Assembly: GCA_964589175.1 (NCBI GenBank) | Contig: CAZPRY010000014.1 | Location: 6,779-70,778 of the forward strand | Origin: an uncultured bacterium | GTDB lineage: Bacteria; Fidelibacterota; UBA2242 | Length of the DNA stretch: 64,000 nt | Direction of reading: 5' to 3' | In this document: positions 51,703-61,280 of the stretch, piece after piece | How the letters are laid out: each line of letters begins with the position of its first letter | Numbering within the stretch: position 1 is the stretch's first letter | The notes under the pieces: model-generated | Told to the model about the DNA's origin: nothing | The model's input: only the letters and a program-made list of their open reading frames with translations | Databases searched by the model: none | Translations under genes and position numbers: made by a program

Positions 51703-53271
51703 TTAAGATTCCTGATCGGCTATCGCAGAAATTTCGGAAATGAAGAGCTGGTCGGAGAAGAGTTCATCCGCTTTGGCCAGGTCGGGGTACATGACCCGGT
51801 CGTGGCTCAGGAAATCCACCATCTCGCGAATTCTGTCATAGCCGCGCTGGGTGGCCCGGCCGCCTTTACGCGGTTTGCGGAAATCCATTCCCTGCGCCGC
51901 CACCAGCAATTCAATCCAGACGATCGTTTTGAGATTCCGGATAACCTGCAGCAGTTTCAGGCCGGCGTTTGGAGCCATGCTGACGTGATCCTCCTGGTTC
52001 GCCGAGGTCGGGATATTCTGCACCGATGCCGGATTGGAGAGCGTTCGGTTTTCCGCACAGAGAGCCGCCGCCGTCACATGCGCGATCATAAAACCGGAAT
52101 TCACACCGCTGGCCGTCACCAGAAAGGCCGGCAAATTGCTCATGGCGCTGTCGGTCAGGTTGGCAATGCGCCGTTCACTGATATTACCCAGTTCGGTCAA
52201 GGCGATGCAGAGTTGGTCGCCGGCAAAAGCCAGAGGCTCGGCATGGAAGTTACCGGCCGACAGAATTTCACCCTGGCCGGCGAAAACCAGCGGATTATCG
52301 GTTACGGCGTTGAGCTCATTTTCTACGATGTCCTCAGCAAAGCGTAACGCATCCCGGGACACTCCCAGGACCTGCGGTGCACAGCGAAAACTGTACGGAT
52401 CCTGTACCTTTTTACAATGCAGGTGTGATTTCACAATCTCACTGTCCCGCAGAAAACTGAGTAAATGCTTTGCGGTGGTGATTTGCCCCTTCTGACGGCG
52501 CAATTTGTGAATTTCCGGGCGGAAAGGCACATCAGTGGCCAGTTCCGCCTCGACACTCATGGCCACCGCCAGTTCCGACAGCAGGACGATTTTGGCAGCC
52601 TCCAGTACGGCAAACGCAATTAAAGTCGTTGAGTATTGCGTTCCGTTGATCAGCGACAAACCGTCTTTGGGTCCCAATCTCACCGGTTCGTAAATCCCCT
52701 CCGCCACCAGCCGCTGGGAGGCCTGTCGTTCACCATTATAGAAGACATCTCCTTCGCCAATCAGCGGCAGACTCATGTGCGAGAGAGGCGCCAGATCGCC
52801 GCTTGCTCCGACCGAGCCGCGCCGGGGCACCACCGGAATGATGCGCTTATTCAACAGTTCAAGCAGTTTCTCAACCACCTCCATTGAGCATCCGGAGTAG
52901 CCGGCGGCCAGATTATTGACCTTCAGCAGCATCATCAACACAACCAATTCCTCGTCGATGGGTTCCCCAACGCCACAGGCATGGCTGCGCAACAGGTTCA
53001 GTTGCAGCGTATCCAGATCATCGCCCGAAATCTGCACCTGGGCCAGCTTCCCGAAACCGGTATTAATGCCGTAAACCACCTGGTGTTCACGGATGTTCTT
53101 CAGCACCAGGTCGCGGGCGGCCTGTACCTGTTTGCGAACCCCGGGCGCCAGGCTGACTGGGCCTTGTTCTGCAAGAAATGTGGATATGATTGTGAGATTG
53201 AGATGCTTGCCGGTGAGTTCGACCGATTTCATAGTGCCTGAAAATTTATAAAAGATCGGCTTCTTTGTCAA
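51703..53271 (-). CDS. hutH: Histidine ammonia-lyase (MIO-dependent ammonia-lyase).
   Basis: GASGDLAPLSHM MIO-forming triad. 522 aa. Confidence 0.8.
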   Translation of the reverse strand: MTKKPIFYKFSGTMKSVELTGKHLNLTIISTFLAEQGPVSLAPGVRKQVQAARDLVLKNIREHQVVYGINTGFGKLAQVQISGDDLDTLQLNLLRSHACGVGEPIDEELVVLMMLLKVNNLAAGYSGCSMEVVEKLLELLNKRIIPVVPRRGSVGASGDLAPLSHMSLPLIGEGDVFYNGERQASQRLVAEGIYEPVRLGPKDGLSLINGTQYSTTLIAFAVLEAAKIVLLSELAVAMSVEAELATDVPFRPEIHKLRRQKGQITTAKHLLSFLRDSEIVKSHLHCKKVQDPYSFRCAPQVLGVSRDALRFAEDIVENELNAVTDNPLVFAGQGEILSAGNFHAEPLAFAGDQLCIALTELGNISERRIANLTDSAMSNLPAFLVTASGVNSGFMIAHVTAAALCAENRTLSNPASVQNIPTSANQEDHVSMAPNAGLKLLQVIRNLKTIVWIELLVAAQGMDFRKPRKGGRATQRGYDRIREMVDFLSHDRVMYPDLAKADELFSDQLFISEISAIADQES

Positions 53272-53396
53272 GCAATTGCCGGCCTCTCACTTAAATTATT
53301 TAGGCCTCATCCCCGCGCCATTGAGCCGTTCACCATTTACTTCCATTCCGATAGAATAAGTGCTGCGGCGATTTGAAATATCGGATCGATTTCAAA

Positions 53397-54281
53397 TTAC
53401 TTAAGATCTTTATCTTCGAGCAGTTTTTGTGTAACATCGGCCAGTTTACGATAGAGATCTTTGATTTCGGGAGATTTCTCCAGATAGTCCAAATGCTGGC
53501 GGACTGTCCGTCTATCGCCGCGTGCAATCGGCCCTGTCAAGGCCTCCCGGAGCGGCTTCTGCCAGCCGTTCCGGACAGCCTGCTCCGACAATCCCAGCAA
53601 CAGTTCCCGCGTCAGATCACCGTCCAAACCGGCCTCACGGCAGAGCACTTTGACCAGAGCGATCAGACTGACACTATAATTGTTCGCAAAAACCGCCGAA
53701 ATATGCACGGCTTTCTTCTGCGCAGCCGTCAGCACGACGGATTTTGCGCCGAATGAAGTGACCAGCTGCCGGAGATCATCCTGAATTTCCCCCTCGCAGG
53801 TAAACAGCGATTGAGCCATCTGAGCTATGCCCGTTTCGAGATCGGTCACACTCAGCACCGGGTGGAGAGAGCCAGTCGCAGCGCCGATTCTCTTCAGTTC
53901 GTGCAATTCGCCCGCATCCAGGAATCCCGACGTATGGAAAGCGTTGACGCCCTCGAGTCCTGTCATCCTGCCCGCAAGATCAGCGGCCACTTCAGCGATC
54001 ACATCATCCCTCACGGAAATAATGAGCCAGCGATTCTCCCGGGAAATCCGGTCCGGGTCAGTGGAATTCCCGTCAAAGGCCACGTATTTAAGCGCACGTT
54101 GAATTCCTTCCGGGCTGCGGTTCCAGACGAAACCCGGCCGGAATCCCGCCCGGGAAAGGTGATAGGCCAGCGAAATGCCTACCCTGCTTGCCCCGATCAG
54201 CGTGAATGACTCCTGCTTTCCGTGATATTTTATTTTCGGAGGATGATCCGAAAAAGGGATTGACGGCGGCACTCTATTCAT
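53397..54281 (-). CDS. Rossmann-fold NAD(P)-binding protein, DUF2520-like.
   Basis: LIGASRVGISLAYHL dinucleotide-binding N-terminus. Overlaps the Memo-like gene by 8 bp. Confidence 0.45.
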   Translation of the reverse strand: MNRVPPSIPFSDHPPKIKYHGKQESFTLIGASRVGISLAYHLSRAGFRPGFVWNRSPEGIQRALKYVAFDGNSTDPDRISRENRWLIISVRDDVIAEVAADLAGRMTGLEGVNAFHTSGFLDAGELHELKRIGAATGSLHPVLSVTDLETGIAQMAQSLFTCEGEIQDDLRQLVTSFGAKSVVLTAAQKKAVHISAVFANNYSVSLIALVKVLCREAGLDGDLTRELLLGLSEQAVRNGWQKPLREALTGPIARGDRRTVRQHLDYLEKSPEIKDLYRKLADVTQKLLEDKDLK

Positions 54282-55284
54282 ACACCGCCGCTGAGAGGTA
54301 GCCGACCACCTGGGATTTCATCCCGGATGTATCGCCGGAATTGCGGTAATCCAGTTCCGTACAGTGCGGCTTCCCGCGAGATTTTGCGTAATGCATCAGG
54401 GCCAGAACCGGCCCCAGGCCACACGCCTCCAGGCTGCGATCTTTATAGCCCTTTTCCAGAGCTTCCAGATCATAGGATTCCAGAAGCGCAATAAAATGGC
54501 GATCCAGACGAGCGGCCAGGTCGTAGCTGTGATAATGCGACAGATCGGAACTCGCCACCACCAGAAATTCATGCTCTTCGGCGACCCGGGCCAGCGCATC
54601 GGCAAATTTACGAATGGATTCCACGCTGTTATCACCCATGACCACCGGAACCAGTTGAAAAGGGCCATCAAGCGCCATCTGCAGAAAGGGGAGTTGGACT
54701 TCCAGGGCATGTTCATTGCGGTGCCCGCTGTCCGAATAGTAGGCAATTTCATCGGAACAAAGCCGGTCGCAAATGTCACGGTTGATCTCAATACTGCCCA
54801 GGGGTGTCTCATAGGCGCTCCCGCCGAAGATCGAAAAACCTTTGAAATATTCGCTGTGACAGGGTGCAATCACGACGACATTGGGGAGAGCCTGTCCCTT
54901 CAGCAATTTAAAGCCGGCCGCAGCGACGATGCCGGAATAGACATAGCCGGCATGCGGAGAAATCAAACCATACAGTTTTTTGTATTCCGGGGCAACCTTC
55001 GACGATTCGTGAAAATAGTGATTGATGGTTTCGCTGAGCTGATGCCGGGTTCCGGGATAGAACATCCCCGCCACCACAGGGCGCCGCATGTGTTGCTTGG
55101 GAGCCGGCATACTTCCTCCGATTGAAAGAATAAAGTATTCAGCTTTTTGCCCAAAGTCAAGCCTGATTCCGTAACTCCCGGCTAATTTATCAAAGAAATA
55201 CCCGCCCCGAATCACTTCCGGATCGAAGTTCAGCTGCCGGTGAACCAGGCAAGCGGTAACCAACCCTTGTATCAAGTGATTCAA
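54274..55284 (-). CDS. AmmeMemoRadiSam system protein B (Memo-like). The true start is probably internal, near MRRPVVAGMFYPG.
   Basis: VAGMFYPG…ISPHAGYVYSG…DLSH motifs of the MEMO1 family. Confidence 0.75.
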   Translation of the reverse strand: MNHLIQGLVTACLVHRQLNFDPEVIRGGYFFDKLAGSYGIRLDFGQKAEYFILSIGGSMPAPKQHMRRPVVAGMFYPGTRHQLSETINHYFHESSKVAPEYKKLYGLISPHAGYVYSGIVAAAGFKLLKGQALPNVVVIAPCHSEYFKGFSIFGGSAYETPLGSIEINRDICDRLCSDEIAYYSDSGHRNEHALEVQLPFLQMALDGPFQLVPVVMGDNSVESIRKFADALARVAEEHEFLVVASSDLSHYHSYDLAARLDRHFIALLESYDLEALEKGYKDRSLEACGLGPVLALMHYAKSRGKPHCTELDYRNSGDTSGMKSQVVGYLSAAVYE

Positions 55285-55552
55285 TCAATACTACGGACCC
55301 GGGTAGAAAATTTCCAATGAATCGTCTAATGCAAGAGCCTGAGTAAAAATAATGTTGACAAAGCCCACGAATTGCTCTAATATTTCGCTGTAACCATGGC
55401 AATATTCGAGGCGGATTTGAGCAATTCCCCTTTCTTCGTTTGTTTGCGATCCATTCAGAGGGAATTCTTTATCTTAAATCCGAGTTTCACCGCTCATTTT
55501 TATTGTCCAGCAAACAATTTGGCGAACGAACGGGGGAACGTCGTTTCTACCC

Positions 55553-55775
55553 GGTGGAAGCCCGCTTTATTATGGTGGAAGTTCATTTCCCAGTGGTGGA
55601 AATCCATTTTATTGCGGTCGGAGTCCATTTTCTTATGGTGGAAGTTCATATTATCACCGTCGAAGTCCATTTTCCGATGGGAAAAGTTAATTTCCCTACG
55701 GCGGAGGTCCACTTTTCAATGAGGGAATATCATTTTACAGTGGTCGAAATTCATTTATTCCGGGTGGAATCCAGT
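55553..55775. repeat. About 10.5 tandem copies of a degenerate 21-bp unit (GGTGGAAGTYCATTTYnnnnn).
   Basis: Units read consecutively: ggtggaagttcatttcccagt / ggtggaaatccattttattgc / ggtcggagtccattttcttat / …. Open in several frames (VVEVHF… on plus; KMDFHH… on minus). Confidence 0.8.
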
Positions 55776-55949
55776 CCAGGAGGGAAATGAGCCATTGGAA
55801 GGATGGTCTTTCTCGTTATTTTACTGGTGTCACGCGAGACCGGGGATCAAGGCCCGTCCCGCCAACGGCGGGTCCGTTAGGATTCCTCTGGAGAAACCTC
55901 CGGGAGCTTGGATTTGGAGGGCTATAGAAGTACCTAAAGCGAGGGAATA

Positions 55950-58184
55950 ATGCGAAAACAAATCGCAACGGTTTTCTTATTGTGTGTAATATGTGCCATT
56001 TCAATTTCAATAGCCCACAGCGCTGACGGGAGCGTCTTCGGGATTGTCAAAGCCGCAGGGACGCTGGAACCGCTGGCCTATGTCAATGTCTTCCTGGCGG
56101 ACACCGATCTGGGTTGTTCTTCGGATCGGAACGGCTACTTCACCCTGACAGGCATCGCACCCGGCGATTACCGGCTGTTTGCCACGCATATCGGCTTCGC
56201 GGCTTTTAAAGACTCGATCAAAATCCGGCCCGGAGCAAAATTGTTCGTGGAAATCAGCCTGAAACAGTCCGCGGTGGCAGGCGATACCGTTTCCGTGACG
56301 GGAACCCGGAGATATCAGTCGGGACTGGAAAGCGATCAGATTATGCTCGGCGAGTCCGAACTCAACATCGCTCCCAGGCTGGGCGAACCGGACCTCTTTC
56401 GGGTGATCGAAACTTTTCCAGGCGTTACGACCGTGAATGATTACAATATGGGTTTGTACATCCGCGGCGGCAACGCCGACCAGAACCTGATCCTGCTCGA
56501 CGGCATGCCGATCTACAATCCGTTCCACCTGTCGGGTCTATTCTCGACCTTCGATGAGGAGGCAATCCAGTGGAGCACGGTTTCCAAAAGCGGCATCGAT
56601 CCGGTCTACGGGAACCGCCTGAGTTCCGTCATCGATATCAATATACGGGACGGGACGGCCGGGGAGCATGCGGGCTACGCAAATGTCAGTTTTCTCAGCG
56701 CCAAACTGCGCGCCGAAGGACCGCACCCCTTTGGGACCTACCTGTTCACGATTCGCAGGACCTACGCCGATAAATTTGTGGATTTGCTGCACAAATGGAA
56801 AATACTGGCGTCCGATATGAAATTGCCCTATTATTTTGTGGACGGGATGGGAAAAATCGTAATCAAGCCGGGCGATCGGCAGCGCCTGGAAATCACGTCT
56901 TACCTCGGCCGCGATCTTTATGATATGTCCGTCCTTGACGACAACCCCGGATTGGGGCAATATATCTGGCAGAATTCGGCAACCGGTATGAATTATACGG
57001 CGGTTCTGTCGCCGCAGCTGGCGTTTCATCTCAGAGGAAGTTTCAGCCGTTTTGAAGCCCAATGGCTGCAGCCCGACACAGCCAATTCCGAGCGCATCGA
57101 TAATGTTTTTACCGGCAACACGCTGAATGCCTTTTTCAAATTCGACAATCCTCAGATCGGCCAGGTCAAACTGGGAGCAGAGTATTGTTTCCATCGTTAT
57201 CACCTGCAAACCAAAGGATTCACCTACCAACCGCTCGATTTTAATGAGGACGAGTCCCGCGAGAATTCCATCTTCGCCGATGTATACCGGCCTTTGGGTG
57301 CCCTGTTGTACGTGAGAGGCGGGATTCGGATGACCCATTTTTCGCTGCAGGATACGCTGACCTTTTCGCCGCAGTTTTCCTGCGGTGTGAAGATATCGCC
57401 AAAGCAGGAAATCCAGTTGCATTGGGGTCGCTATCACCAGGATCTGATCACGATCGGGACCGAGGAGGTCATTCTGTCGATGTTCGATGCCTGGGTGACG
57501 GTGCCGCAATATTTCCCGGTGATGGCGTGCACACAGTACGCCTTGAGTTATCAATGCGAAATCCGCCGGCATCTTGAACTGAACGCCTCCGTATTTCATA
57601 AATATTTCAGCAACCTGGTGGAGTACAACACAACCAAATTCTCGACCCTCGACCCGGATTTCGTCAACGGTACCGGGATGGCCAGCGGACTGGAACTTTC
57701 TTTGCGGGGCGTGCTTGGCCCGTTCCAGGGCTGGTTGTCTTACACCTTATCACAGGTCCGGAAGGAGGTTAATGGGGTGCGCTACCCGCCAAAATACGAT
57801 AAACCGCATGACCTTGACCTGATCGTCAATTGCCGGCTTTCGAAGAAATGGTCGATGGGCGGGCGTTTCGTGCTATCTTCGGGAACGCCGTTCACCAAGA
57901 TTATCGCCTACTCACATCAGCCGTTTCTCTCTGCTACTAATGTTATCGGATGTAATGAATTTCCGATATACAGCGAGCGTAACGCCTGGCGCTTGCCGGT
58001 CTATCATCGCCTGGATATCAATTTTATCAAACGGTTCTGCATGTTCTCTCGACCAATGGAATTCTATATCGATGTTGCCAATGTTTATGCGCGTTTGAAT
58101 GTACTTGCTTATACAAGAGATCGCCAGACATGGATTCAGATGCCGCCATTGGCGACGCTCGGGATCAGGGGGAAATTATGGTAA
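55950..58184 (+). CDS. TonB-dependent receptor with CarbopepD_reg-like N-domain (744 aa).
   Basis: Signal peptide. TonB box DTVSVTG. Plug, barrel, C-terminal …GKLW. Confidence 0.8.
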   Translation: MRKQIATVFLLCVICAISISIAHSADGSVFGIVKAAGTLEPLAYVNVFLADTDLGCSSDRNGYFTLTGIAPGDYRLFATHIGFAAFKDSIKIRPGAKLFVEISLKQSAVAGDTVSVTGTRRYQSGLESDQIMLGESELNIAPRLGEPDLFRVIETFPGVTTVNDYNMGLYIRGGNADQNLILLDGMPIYNPFHLSGLFSTFDEEAIQWSTVSKSGIDPVYGNRLSSVIDINIRDGTAGEHAGYANVSFLSAKLRAEGPHPFGTYLFTIRRTYADKFVDLLHKWKILASDMKLPYYFVDGMGKIVIKPGDRQRLEITSYLGRDLYDMSVLDDNPGLGQYIWQNSATGMNYTAVLSPQLAFHLRGSFSRFEAQWLQPDTANSERIDNVFTGNTLNAFFKFDNPQIGQVKLGAEYCFHRYHLQTKGFTYQPLDFNEDESRENSIFADVYRPLGALLYVRGGIRMTHFSLQDTLTFSPQFSCGVKISPKQEIQLHWGRYHQDLITIGTEEVILSMFDAWVTVPQYFPVMACTQYALSYQCEIRRHLELNASVFHKYFSNLVEYNTTKFSTLDPDFVNGTGMASGLELSLRGVLGPFQGWLSYTLSQVRKEVNGVRYPPKYDKPHDLDLIVNCRLSKKWSMGGRFVLSSGTPFTKIIAYSHQPFLSATNVIGCNEFPIYSERNAWRLPVYHRLDINFIKRFCMFSRPMEFYIDVANVYARLNVLAYTRDRQTWIQMPPLATLGIRGKLW

Positions 58185-59155
58185 AGCGATTTTTATTACT
58201 GGGAATTTCGGCGTTGTTCCTGCTATACGGTTGTCCGGCGGGACCGCCTACCGGTCCGGATGTCGATATCAGCTGCAAGCTGACGATGACCAGTTTGCTG
58301 TCTTCGCGTGACGACACGTTGTACGTTTATGTGTCGGAATGGAACAAGTTTAGCGAACACGATAGAGATTTTGATTATGAATCGATTGATAATCCTTACG
58401 GAGATTTCTGGAGTGTCAGCGGTGCGACGGTTAAAATTGAAGTAGATGGTAGTTCCCAACTAGCGGAAGCAGATACAGCGAAAACCCCCTGGCAATTCTA
58501 TATCCATAATTGGATATACCGATATATCGTTCGATCTCCGGAGATCCTGCCCGGGCAGCATTGGGAGATAAGCGTAACCCACCCGGATTACGACAGCGTT
58601 TTTGCGGAGACGACGATTCCCGATTCCGTCGAATTCCGGGAGTTTCCGCAAGATACGATCCGGAGTGACACAGGCATCCTGCGATTCAGCTGGAATCCCG
58701 CTGACGCAACCGAAGGGTATCTGCCCGTATTGAGTTTTACGGCTGTAAGAAATGACGGGATGCTTTATCAACGTGAAATGCTCCAGGAATGGAATCCTGA
58801 ACACCGGTCTGGTGCCGATACCCGATCGCAGGAAAACTGTGAGATTCAATATGCGCTGGCTTCGATCATGGACCAGGCGAGACTTTCCATCAAGCACAAA
58901 AATGATCTGTATCCCAATCCTGACTCCTGCGAATGTTTTTATTTTCAGATGGATGTCTTTTCAATGGATGACGGGCTGTACCATATAGAGCTCAGTCCTT
59001 ACCGTCCGGATGAACTGAGCAGCTTCAGCGTGCCGGTACAGATGTTTTCGAATGTTCATAACGGGAGCGGTGTCCTGGCAGCATACCAACGCAGTTCTAC
59101 TCCCAGAATCATCATCGATCGGGAATTTTTCATAGATTATATTAAGGAGGAATGA
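58178..59155 (+). CDS. Lipoprotein (DUF4249-like partner commonly downstream of such TonB-dependent receptors).
   Basis: Lipobox LLYGC after MVKRFLLLGISALF. Overlaps the receptor's 3' end. Confidence 0.55.
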   Translation: MVKRFLLLGISALFLLYGCPAGPPTGPDVDISCKLTMTSLLSSRDDTLYVYVSEWNKFSEHDRDFDYESIDNPYGDFWSVSGATVKIEVDGSSQLAEADTAKTPWQFYIHNWIYRYIVRSPEILPGQHWEISVTHPDYDSVFAETTIPDSVEFREFPQDTIRSDTGILRFSWNPADATEGYLPVLSFTAVRNDGMLYQREMLQEWNPEHRSGADTRSQENCEIQYALASIMDQARLSIKHKNDLYPNPDSCECFYFQMDVFSMDDGLYHIELSPYRPDELSSFSVPVQMFSNVHNGSGVLAAYQRSSTPRIIIDREFFIDYIKEE

Positions 59156-59340
59156 TCGATCGGCTCATGGTATTTATCGGGAAAAAGCCGTCGATTCATT
59201 GGCGATTATTTGCCGGCATAGCACATACGGGAATCGGAGCGAGGAGGAAAACGAGTTTCCCGAAACCCAAATGTCCGGCTGCCGACCGAACTCCACGGAA
59301 AAAACTTGTCTTTTGATTAAAAAGTAATTACAATGTATCC

Positions 59341-59598
59341 ATGAAAACGCAGATTGTGAAAATCGGAAATTCTCAGGGTATTCGAATTCCCAAGATAATG
59401 ATCGAGGAAAGTCAGTTGGGGAAAGAGGTCGAACTCATCGCCGATCACGAACAGATTATCATTCGTTCTATTAAAAAACTCCGATCCGGATGGGAAGAAT
59501 TCTTTGAGGCAATGTCCAAGCAGGGTGATGACCAGCTTATCGATCGGGATGTATTGGCCAGCCAATCTTCCTGGGATGAAAATAAGTGGATATGGTAA
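59341..59598 (+). CDS. mazE: MazE/AbrB-fold antitoxin.
   Basis: SpoVT/AbrB swapped-hairpin motif IVKIGNSQGIRIPK. The stop abuts the mazF start. Confidence 0.8.
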   Translation: MKTQIVKIGNSQGIRIPKIMIEESQLGKEVELIADHEQIIIRSIKKLRSGWEEFFEAMSKQGDDQLIDRDVLASQSSWDENKWIW

Positions 59599-59922
59599 AT
59601 GGTCGTTGAACGCTTCGATGTTTTTCTGGTGAATTTAGACCCGACGCAGGGCTCTGAGATTCAAAAGACCAGACCTTGCTGCATCATCTCACCTGATGAA
59701 ATGAATAGGCATATTTCTACGATCATTATTGCACCGATGACTTCCGGCGGCAGATCCTATCCATCGCGGGTGACATGTTCATTCGAAGGAATAGAAGGTC
59801 TGATTGTCCTGGATCAGATACGAACCGTCGACAAGTCAAGGCTTGTTAAAAAACTGGGCCGCATTTCGGAAGACGATCAGCGCCAGGTGCTATCGGTATT
59901 GCTGGAGATGTTTTCAAAATAA
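59599..59922 (+). CDS. mazF: MazF/PemK-family endoribonuclease toxin.
   Basis: FDVFLVNLDPTQGSEIQKTRPCCIIS…IIAPMTS core of the PemK/MazF family. Confidence 0.85.
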   Translation: MVVERFDVFLVNLDPTQGSEIQKTRPCCIISPDEMNRHISTIIIAPMTSGGRSYPSRVTCSFEGIEGLIVLDQIRTVDKSRLVKKLGRISEDDQRQVLSVLLEMFSK

Positions 59923-59949
59923 TCCGTGATAATTGTGACCGGCCCTTGA

Positions 59950-59998
59950 GTCGAAACCAATTTAGTTCGGCTGCGCCTCATGGAAATTGGTTTCCGAC
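59950..59998. promoter_or_regulatory. 13-bp near-perfect inverted repeat (GTCGAAACCAATT … AATTGGTTTCCGAC) with 22-bp spacer between the convergent mazF and hflX.
   Basis: Read directly. No adjacent T-tract, so not a canonical intrinsic terminator. Confidence 0.4.
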
Positions 59999-60011
59999 GC
60001 GCGGATTGTTA

Positions 60012-61280
60012 CTAATCCCCCTCCGGGCGGATCTCCATCACTGAACCTAATTGACTCTCAAGCCAGTTCCAGACGCGCCGGTAACTGGTCAAATGGATTT
60101 GAACTTTGCCGTCCTCATACGATTCCTCAAGAATGGCTGTATGGTTCCGCAAAATGGAAATCGCCCTGGCTTCTCTCAACGGCATCTGCACCCTGACATC
60201 CACCATCTCCTTTTGCAGTTCCGTCAGAATCGCTTCTTTCAATGTATTCAATCTGAGCTGGCTCTGGGCAGAGATAAAAACCGCGTCCGGGTAATCCCGG
60301 CGAGCCTGCTTCAGGTTCAGTTCGTTGATAACATCGATCTTATTGAATACAATCAGCGACGGCTTGGTGTGCAGGTTGATCTGCTGCAATTGTTCGTCTA
60401 CGGCTCGCAACTGGTAAAAACACTGCTCCGAGCTCAAATCGACGATCTTGATCAGCAAATCCGCCTCTTCCAATTCCATCAGGGTGCCGCGAAAAGAGGC
60501 GACCAGTTTGGCGGGCAGTTTGCGGATGAATCCAACGGTATCGCTCAGTAAAACCTGGTGATCGTTGTCGATACGACAGCGCCGCACCGTGGTGTCCAGC
60601 GTCGCGAACAGTTTATCTTCCGCGAGCACATCGGAACCGGTCAGGGCGTTCAGCAGGGTGGATTTTCCGGCATTCGTGTATCCGACGAGTGAGACGTTGA
60701 AGTCGTGCCCGCGGCCCTTGCTGCGGACCTTACGCTCCCCATCGATTTTCTCGAGTTCGCGTTTCAGTTTGGAAATCCGGGTGCGGATCAGGCGGCGGTC
60801 GACCTCAATCTGCGATTCTCCGGCGCCGCCACGGACCCCGATGCCACCCACCTGTCGTTCCAGGTGCGTCCAGCGGCCCGCCAATCGCGGCAGGAGGTAT
60901 TGCAGCATCGCCAGATCGATCTGGGTTCTGGCCTCCTTCGTGCGCGCGTGTTTGGCGAAAATCTCGATAATGATCCCACTGCGATCGACGACTTCCCGGT
61001 CGATAATGCGGGCGATATTGCGCGCTTGCGTCGGAGAGATGTCGTCATCAAAAATCACATCCTGAATATCGTGCAACGTGACCAGAGACTTGATCTCTTC
61101 GATTTTTCCCTTACCGATGTAAGTGGCCGGATCGAAGATTTTGCGGTTGACGATAAATTGGTCGGCGACTTCATAATCGAGCGTTTTAACGAGAAGTTGC
61201 AGCTCGGCGAGATGCTCTTCAATCACCTTGCGGGAACTGACCGGGGTTACAACCCCAACTAAGAGAACACGATCAGCCAA
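60012..61280 (-). CDS. hflX: GTPase HflX.
   Basis: HflX N-domain plus G-domain (GYTNAGKSTL, DTVGF). Confidence 0.9.
   Translation of the reverse strand: MADRVLLVGVVTPVSSRKVIEEHLAELQLLVKTLDYEVADQFIVNRKIFDPATYIGKGKIEEIKSLVTLHDIQDVIFDDDISPTQARNIARIIDREVVDRSGIIIEIFAKHARTKEARTQIDLAMLQYLLPRLAGRWTHLERQVGGIGVRGGAGESQIEVDRRLIRTRISKLKRELEKIDGERKVRSKGRGHDFNVSLVGYTNAGKSTLLNALTGSDVLAEDKLFATLDTTVRRCRIDNDHQVLLSDTVGFIRKLPAKLVASFRGTLMELEEADLLIKIVDLSSEQCFYQLRAVDEQLQQINLHTKPSLIVFNKIDVINELNLKQARRDYPDAVFISAQSQLRLNTLKEAILTELQKEMVDVRVQMPLREARAISILRNHTAILEESYEDGKVQIHLTSYRRVWNWLESQLGSVMEIRPEGD

Noticed and set aside
51703-53271. Alternative call as phenylalanine/tyrosine ammonia-lyase or aminomutase.
   Set aside because: The MIO motif is common to all of these. 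Size and general similarity favour histidine ammonia-lyase, but the selectivity residues cannot be judged by eye. Called hutH with reduced confidence.
55553-55775. Possible CRISPR array.
   Set aside because: The 21-bp units are directly contiguous with no spacers, are degenerate, and no cas genes are nearby. Treated as a tandem repeat instead.
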